A stretch of 5,306 nt of DNA from Geosiphon pyriformis uo1 (taxonomy: Eukaryota; Fungi; Glomeromycota), in contig JAAOMT010000388.1 of NCBI GenBank assembly GCA_016748015.1, positions 1-5,306 on the forward strand, given 5' to 3'. Below are positions 1 to 5,306 of this stretch, piece after piece. The number at the start of each line of letters is the position of its first letter. The stretch's first letter is position 1. A program made the translations under genes and the position numbers. A model generated the notes under the pieces. It saw nothing but the letters and a program-made list of their open reading frames with translations, made no database searches and was not told where the DNA came from.

Positions 1-94
1 GAACAATCGATCATCAAATAACTGAATTAAATTTTAGGGTTAGGTGGTGAGGAATTGATAATTGTTAGTCTGTTATTTATGCCTGGCAAGAATA

Positions 95-199
95 AAGAGT
101 GGGAGGGGGGTAGTTTAAGATTTCTTACAAGAGTGAAAAGCGGGAGGGGGTAGTTGTAGTTTAAGATTTCTTACAAGAGTGAAGAGCGGGAGGAGGTAG
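95..199. repeat. G-rich tandem repeat, about 46-bp period, about 2.4 copies
   Basis: 110-153 and 156-199 (GTAGTTTAAGATTTCTTACAAGAGTGAARAGCGGGAGGRGGTAG) are 42/44 identical. A partial copy AAGAGTGGGAGGGGGGTAG lies at 95-113. Confidence 0.9.
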
Positions 200-258
200 C
201 CACATTTGTCAATTATCTTTTCTATATCCATCTAGTCTATATAGGAATAAAACTTTAT

Positions 259-348
259 CAGTATATAACAAAGTTATCAGGGAAGGGTTTTTACAATGGC
301 AAAATTGTTCACCCGTTGCCAATTCTGATAAACTCTTGTTATTTACTG
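259..348. mobile_element. Candidate 90-bp MITE-like inverted-repeat element
   Basis: Left arm 259-280 is CAGTATATAACAAAGTTATCAG; the reverse complement of 325-348 is CAGTAAATAACAAGAGTTTATCAG (1 mismatch, 2 single-base indels). There is an inner TGGCAA/TTGCCA pair (297-302/316-321). TTTAT flanks both ends (254-258, 349-353). Confidence 0.5.
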
Positions 349-959
349 TTTATTGTTTAAGCCCATTGAAATCTAATTCAGAAATTTGAAATGATCGATA
401 TAAAATATTTAAAAAACCTAATGTATAATAAACTATTGTAATTAATATAAGTATTTTTAAATGATAATAGTTGGGCAATAACTTTAAGAATTGTTAATAT
501 TAGCTTAAATCCTCTGTCTTTGCTATCGAAATATATTAATTTGATCAGCACAAATAAAAAATTTTATGGTCAGTATTAATTCAGAATTATTTTTATGTCC
601 ATAAGTTTTAAATGAAAAAAATGTGGATGTTTATTTTTAATTAAAACCAGACTTTTAAATTGAAAAACAAATTTTATTGGGATTTGGAAATTTTACTTCA
701 AATTATATTCACGCTGAAATACTTTTTTAATGAAGGCAAGGCCAAAATAAAATTTTAATTACTTCAATTTTTTGAACTTTTCATTTAAAAATAGCGAAGC
801 CTTAAATTTATTTAAATAATTAGAATATTCATAAAAAAATTTATTAAAAAAAGGCAATAGACAATATATCTAAATAAATATTTTCTTAAAATTTAATTTT
901 AGTATCCTTATTTTTAATAATAATAAAAATGGCCATTTAAAATAATTGATTGTTACCAT

Positions 960-1300
960 AGGAGGACATTGTGACATCATTTGTCCTAAATAAGAACTAA
1001 AATATGATGTGAAAGCTTCTTCATTCAATGCAGCCTCAGTTCTACCATTGCATTTCTAAATATATAAAAAATGGTTAATAACTTTTAAAGAATTTTTCAG
1101 ATTAAAAACATAACAACTTACTTGGCTTTCCAACTTTAACCCACTTGGGGTTTTGGGGCCCAGGCATGAAATCATTATAATATGTTACTCTATATATTTT
1201 TAGATTCTTAAAGCAATTTAATTGATGAGTGAGTTGATAGTTTCCGAATCGAGGTTCACCATATGTGTAAACTTCAATCTGAGATACTTTTTCTATTATT
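960..1300 (-). pseudogene. Class-3 (fungal triacylglycerol) lipase C-terminal remnant, internally deleted
   Basis: 1278-1171 translates as IEVYTYGEPRFGNYQLTHQLNCFKNLKIYRVTYYND, matching the Lipase_3 pattern TFGxPRVGN...RVxxxxD. After a frame change near 1170 it reads SCLGPKTPSGLKLESQ|intron|KCNGRTEAALNEEAFTSYFSSYLGQMMSQCPP, resembling the C...E..C.N...H..Y.G....C tail. No GHSLG nucleophile motif is present. Confidence 0.78.
1056..1121 (-). other. 66-nt phase-0 intron in the lipase remnant
   Basis: Donor CAA|GTAAGT (1121), branch-like TATTAAC (1080-1074), acceptor TTTAG (1056). Removing it joins ESQ to KCN in frame. Confidence 0.72.
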
Positions 1301-1499
1301 ATAGATTGGATCCTTAATTATTTCATCAACTTTGTCATTGCCACTTGAGAAGTATTTATAATGGTTTTCAAAAAAATATGAACCAGCATGCCGTACACGA
1401 AATATAATCTTTATTATCTTTAATACTCCTTTGACATCATTTACATTCATTGCAATCATGAACATATGGACAATATCTATTAATTTCTTTGTATTCTAT
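1301..1499 (-). pseudogene. Degraded N-terminal remnant (Cys-rich/SSGN region) of a Glomeromycota-type kinase
   Basis: Reads IEYKEINRYCPYVHDCNECK*CQRSIKDNKDYISCTACW, then frameshifts near 1382 to SYFFENHYKYFSSGNDKVDEIIKDPIY. CxxC..CxxC followed by (W/F)(T/S)SGNxx(I/V)DxxI is the typical pre-kinase segment of AM-fungal kinases. In-frame TGA at 1439-1437; ATA at 1499-1497 where a start codon would be expected. Confidence 0.7.
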
Positions 1500-1634
1500 G
1501 ATGTAGATAAAGAACAAAGGATAAAAAAAGATAAAATGTGAATAAGTTATTATTCAAAGAGGGTTTCTTTAAAGGTTTATTTGAGAGTACATTTAGAAAG
1601 TAACCAATGATAAACTAATTGTAACTTCGTGTGA

Positions 1635-1679
1635 AGCATAAAAGATACTGTATTAGCATAAAAGATACTGTATTAGCAT
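1635..1679. repeat. Perfect 20-bp tandem duplication (2.25 copies)
   Basis: AGCATAAAAGATACTGTATT at 1635-1654 and 1655-1674, followed by AGCAT. Confidence 0.95.
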
Positions 1680-1797
1680 GATTTGTTTATATAACTTTTA
1701 GCCTTAAATATCATAACTTTAAATGAAAATCAATGTAGATATCAGATAATTAAAATTTAAACATAAAACAAATTTTATCATTGTCCTGTAAATACCA

Positions 1798-1823
1798 TTT
1801 TATCATCTTTTATCATCTTTTAT
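1798..1823. repeat. Short 10-bp tandem repeat (TTTTATCATC, 2.6 copies)
   Basis: TTTTATCATC TTTTATCATC TTTTAT read directly from the sequence. Confidence 0.7.
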
Positions 1824-3644
1824 AACTTTAGATATTTTGAAATAATATGTTCTATTGATAAGTGAGCAGGTGAACTTGATAGTTTTTATACTTAAAATAA
1901 ATATATTTGGGCTTTTTAACAGTCTTATTTTTGCTAGCTTTCGATTTCTCTTTAAACTGACTTCGAATGCTTTAATTGAAAACTTTTATATTAATAAAAA
2001 TGTCTTCTCTTATCAAAATGGTTAATCTAATATAAATTAATAAATCTAAATGGCAGAATGAGCCCATTATTGCTATACTAATCAAGAAATATTAAAATCA
2101 CTTTACTTTATCATTTTCAAAACAAAAATTTTATAATAAAAGCTTAGACATTAATACATTCTAAATTCTAAAAAATAATAATTTGGTTTAAAACATATAA
2201 ATAGTCATTAATTATAATATTTGCATAAATTATTAAAAACTTATTTTAATAATAAATAAACTTAATTATTATATTAATGTCTTAAAACATAATATAATTT
2301 TTGTAATTAACAAAATTGTAAAATTCTCTTAAAAATTTTATAAAAACTTTATAAAAATTTATAAATTTCATATTTTTATAAATTAAAATAAAAAGTTAAT
2401 AAATAGAAAAACTAATTAACCAAAAAAAATATATCAAATATTATACCTCCTTTTATAAAAAATATATTTAAAAAAATATTAATTTTGATTTAATAAAACA
2501 ATTTAAATATTAAACAATAATTTGTGAATTTCAAATGAAATTAACAAATTTAATCAATTTTATTTTTTAATTAATAAACCTGATAATTTAATTAAGGTCA
2601 GTTATTATGTTTTATTTTTAATAAAATTCTTGCATTATATTTCAATATACAAATTTTAAAATTTAATAACAATTTAATTTAATTTGAAAACTTGGTTTGT
2701 AAATACAAAAACTATTTTAATTAATTTTTAATTAATTTTATTAATAAAAATAGATTAATAGCAGAGTGATATTTATTTTCTTATATTTCTTAGTAAACTA
2801 ACTAGAAATTTAATAAAAACTGTTTTTACAATTTTTTTAGTAATAAAATATTAAATATTTAAATTTTCACCAATTATTGTAATACTTTTAAATCAGCTAA
2901 CCATTTTTTCGCTAACATGAATGCAGTTTACATGCTTTTTATATGTAAAAAACCGCTTAAATTTATCAAGACTATACTACCATACGAATTAAAAACTTAA
3001 ACCAACTGCTGTATCCAAAAAAGATTAATTCACTATGCTTAAAATACCTGAAACGAAATGTACAGATTTTTTTAAACTTATAAAAGTCGATTATTGTAAA
3101 ACAAAACTGCATTTCTACATAATATTAAGATTAATTCTCTTTTTTTATATTTTTAATTAATCTGTCTTTCTTGTATTCCACCTTTAGCTGGGCCATTAAC
3201 ATCCATATTTTTTTCAATACATAATTAAAAATATTTAGACCAAATTTCAATTTTCAATTAAAAAACCAAAATAAAACTTAATTAGCTACAAAAGATTAAG
3301 TTTTTAATTATCTCATCAGCCACTTCATAAAATTGGTTTAAGAAGATGAATTTTGTCCTTGATTCTTATATTGATTTTCATTTAAAATCTTAATATGTAA
3401 AAGTGTTAGGTTATTTAATAAACGCTAATAAATTTTAAATTTACAACATTTAATTAACTCAATGAGCAAAAACAATAGAATATCTTATTCTAGAGTTTTA
3501 AAATTATTATGTCCAATCACGATTAGATATATGAAGAGTCGTCTAAATATGATAGATACTAAAAGAAATAAGCGTTAAACAAGAGATAATTTTCATTACT
3601 GATTAATGTAATTTCTTAAATTTTTTATAAATTGATGTAGATTT

Positions 3645-3825
3645 TTAATATCCTGTATATTATTAATTAAAGCAATGAAATAATCAATATAAAAATAGAT
3701 AAACTAACCTGTTGAAAAATCTATCATTTGCAAACTTAAAACACGACTTGTATAAACCGCTCCTGGATAAATTCGCGTTGTTTTTTGTCATTGTCGTTGT
3801 TGTTGAATAATTTGTTGTCGAGTCG
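3645..3825 (-). pseudogene. C-terminal remnant of a paralogous kinase, frameshifted
   Basis: 3733-3772 matches 4544-4583 at 36/40 nt. It translates as DSTTNYSTTTTMTK/TTRIYPGAVYTSRVLSLQMIDFST, versus DSETTTPMHIHPGAVYKSRALSWQRIEESK in the kinase. There is a +1 frameshift in the A6 run (3781-3786) and a conserved GTTAGT donor at 3708. A possible acceptor TACAG at 3653 would give a final GY*. Confidence 0.85.
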
Positions 3826-4402
3826 GCGCCTTCCGCACTTTTGATTTTTAAAATCTTTTGATTCAAAGATTTATTTTTAAAAGGATTAATGACTAAGATT
3901 CTAAAGGGGGTTTAATTTTAATTTCATAGAGGGTTAATGCTCGACTTTAAATTAATCAAATCACATGAAAATAACATTGGCATTTTGCAATATTAAAATC
4001 ACAATGTTAATGCTGATGAACACGACATTTCTAAAGCTAAGAAGAAAATGATTCAATATAAATATTATATTAACATATTAGATAATTTTAATTTAATCTT
4101 CAAGCAATAATTTAAATTCTTTTATTTATAAGTTTTTATTAAAGAATATATTCAAAGAATTGAAAATTGAATAGGTAAAATTTATCAGAGCGGCTTGTCA
4201 CGTTTATATAATGGTGGGACTCCACTCGTTTATGATGATAAAACAATTTAAAATTTAATTAATGTTTTTGAAATACGTGAAAAATAAAGTCTAAATACTT
4301 TATTATATTAAAACTTAATAATAATTTTTAAATAAATAATGAGTAGAAAAGGCATTTTATCACATTGATCATCTATCAGATTAATATAAAAAAAATACTA
4401 CT

Positions 4403-4422
4403 TTACGGAAGGTAGATAAAGT
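4403..4422 (-). CDS. Predicted 20-nt terminal coding exon of the kinase (...EESK-DFIYLP*)
   Basis: Splicing out 4423-4519 gives G|AC TTT ATC TAC CTT CCG TAA, with the stop at 4405-4403. Confidence 0.65.
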
Positions 4423-4519
4423 CTATTTGAAAATTCCAATAAAAGAAAGTTAGCATATTAATTTACTTAATAGATTCATCAATTGAAAAGCTTATAACTT
4501 ATAACTTGTATGAACTAAC
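4423..4519 (-). other. Probable 97-nt spliceosomal intron near the kinase 3' end
   Basis: Donor AAAG|GTTAGT (GT at 4519-4518), branch site GCTAAC (4454-4449), a pyrimidine-rich tract, and acceptor AAATAG (ends 4423). The same G|GTTAGT donor occurs at the homologous position of the paralog remnant (3708). Confidence 0.8.
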
Positions 4520-5306
4520 CTTTTGATTCTTCAATCCTTTGCCAACTTAAAGCACGACTTTTATAAACTGCTCCTGGATGAATGTGCATTGGAGTTGTTG
4601 TTTCCGAGTCGTTTTTTACCATTTCTTTTACATATTTATCTGATTCTAAAAACTCGAAATTCCCATGTGAAATTTCACCCAACTTCTGTCTAACTTCTTT
4701 CGCAGTAGGACGATTATTAGGCTTAACATCCCAACACATTTCAATTATTTCGGCAATTGAAGGTGGAATAAGGGGAGAAGTAATCACAGGTCTCATACTA
4801 TTAAAAACAATGTCAAATATGAGATCGAGGTCATGAGGAAGATCATGAAAGGGTGGCTTTCCTGTTGCTAATTCCCATAATAACATGCTAAAACTATAAA
4901 TATCACCAGCTGTTGTAAACTTTTCTCCTCTTAAAACTTCTGGTGAAATGTATGGAATCACTCCATAAATAATTTTTTTCTTTTTTGCTTTTCCTGTTGT
5001 TTTTCCTTCATGGCTTACTGGTTGACATAATCCAAGGTCTCCAATATTTATATAATCATTCCTCAGTTGTAAAATGTTGCCCGAGTGTAGATTACGATGA
5101 ACCATATCAGAAGAATGAATATTATCAAGTCCAAAAGCTATATGACGTGCGATACGTAATTTATCATCCCAACTCGTAGAATGAAAATTTTTTGATAAAT
5201 ATTTTCGCATGTCTCCATGTTTAGCAAACTCCATCACAATTCCATACTCGAATGTTTCAGCTTTTTGCGTAATCCCCCATATTGACGTGATACCAATGTT
5301 TGAATG
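4515..5306 (-). CDS. TKL-type protein kinase of the expanded Glomeromycota family, main exon, 5'-truncated by the window edge; possible pseudokinase (HRN)
   Basis: The frame stays open from the ORF-track start (5237) to the window edge (HSNIGITSIWGITQKAETFEYGIVMEFAK). Subdomains seen: VMEF hinge, HRNLHSGNIL (VIb), GDLGLC (VII), YGVIPYISPE (VIII), GDIYSFSMLLWELATGKPPF (IX), CWDVKPNNRPTA (XI), then the tail IHPGAVYKSR. If spliced, the exon ends at 4520; unspliced it stops at TAG 4515-4517. Confidence 0.93.
   Translation of the reverse strand, partial: HSNIGITSIWGITQKAETFEYGIVMEFAKHGDMRKYLSKNFHSTSWDDKLRIARHIAFGLDNIHSSDMVHRNLHSGNILQLRNDYINIGDLGLCQPVSHEGKTTGKAKKKKIIYGVIPYISPEVLRGEKFTTAGDIYSFSMLLWELATGKPPFHDLPHDLDLIFDIVFNSMRPVITSPLIPPSIAEIIEMCWDVKPNNRPTAKEVRQKLGEISHGNFEFLESDKYVKEMVKNDSETTTPMHIHPGAVYKSRALSWQRIEESKG

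Noticed and set aside
34-45. TTAGGGTTAGGT telomere-like motif
   Set aside because: Fewer than two perfect units; too short to call a telomeric repeat.
95-199. CRISPR array
   Set aside because: No unique spacers, too few units, and a eukaryotic intron-containing context.
1274-1465. 63-aa minus-strand ORF as a real gene
   Set aside because: Only its second half is in the homologous frame; the Cys motifs lie in another frame that contains a stop.
2100-2880. Many short palindromes and TTAATTAA/TTTATAAAAA repeats
   Set aside because: Expected by chance in extremely AT-rich low-complexity DNA.
3155-3380. Short coding-like minus-strand patches (e.g. MDVNGPAKGGIQERQIN, QFYEVADEIIKNL)
   Set aside because: Too short and unassignable without a database search.
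3684-3866. 60-aa minus-strand ORF as a real gene
   Set aside because: TTG start. It mixes non-homologous DNA, a short in-frame Thr-rich piece, an out-of-frame kinase tail and intron sequence.
3937-4092. Plus-strand coding-like stretch (MLDFKLIKSHENNIGILQY*NHNVNADEHDISKAKKK...)
   Set aside because: Interrupted by a stop and no family is recognisable; it would need a BLASTX hit to support.
4215-4226. GTGG-GACT-CCAC mini-hairpin as a Helitron 3' end
   Set aside because: Only a 4-bp stem and no CTRR terminus nearby.
4582-4836. 84-aa plus-strand ORF
   Set aside because: Antisense shadow of the kinase CDS with no recognisable motif.
4985-5179. 64-aa plus-strand ORF
   Set aside because: Antisense to the kinase catalytic core, non-ATG start, no independent support.

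Overview
Very AT-rich eukaryotic DNA with spliceosomal introns. The kinase motifs (HRxLHSGNIL, DLGLC, YGVIPY, N-terminal CxxC..CxxC/SSGN segment) point to an arbuscular mycorrhizal fungus (Glomeromycota); this assignment is inferred from remembered family motifs. All recognisable coding material is on the minus strand. In transcription order: (1) a 5'-truncated TKL-type kinase gene (>5306..4403) with catalytic HRD changed to HRN and a probable 97-nt last intron; (2) a frameshifted C-terminal remnant of a paralogous kinase (3825..3645); (3) about 2 kb of featureless AT-rich DNA; (4) a degraded N-terminal remnant of a kinase of probably the same family (1499..1301), which directly abuts (5) an internally deleted class-3 lipase remnant with its own intron (1300..960). 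The left end has a G-rich 46-bp-period tandem repeat and a 90-bp MITE-like inverted-repeat element flanked by TTTAT. Overall the window looks like a decaying, deletion-shuffled tandem kinase cluster, not an intact novel system.
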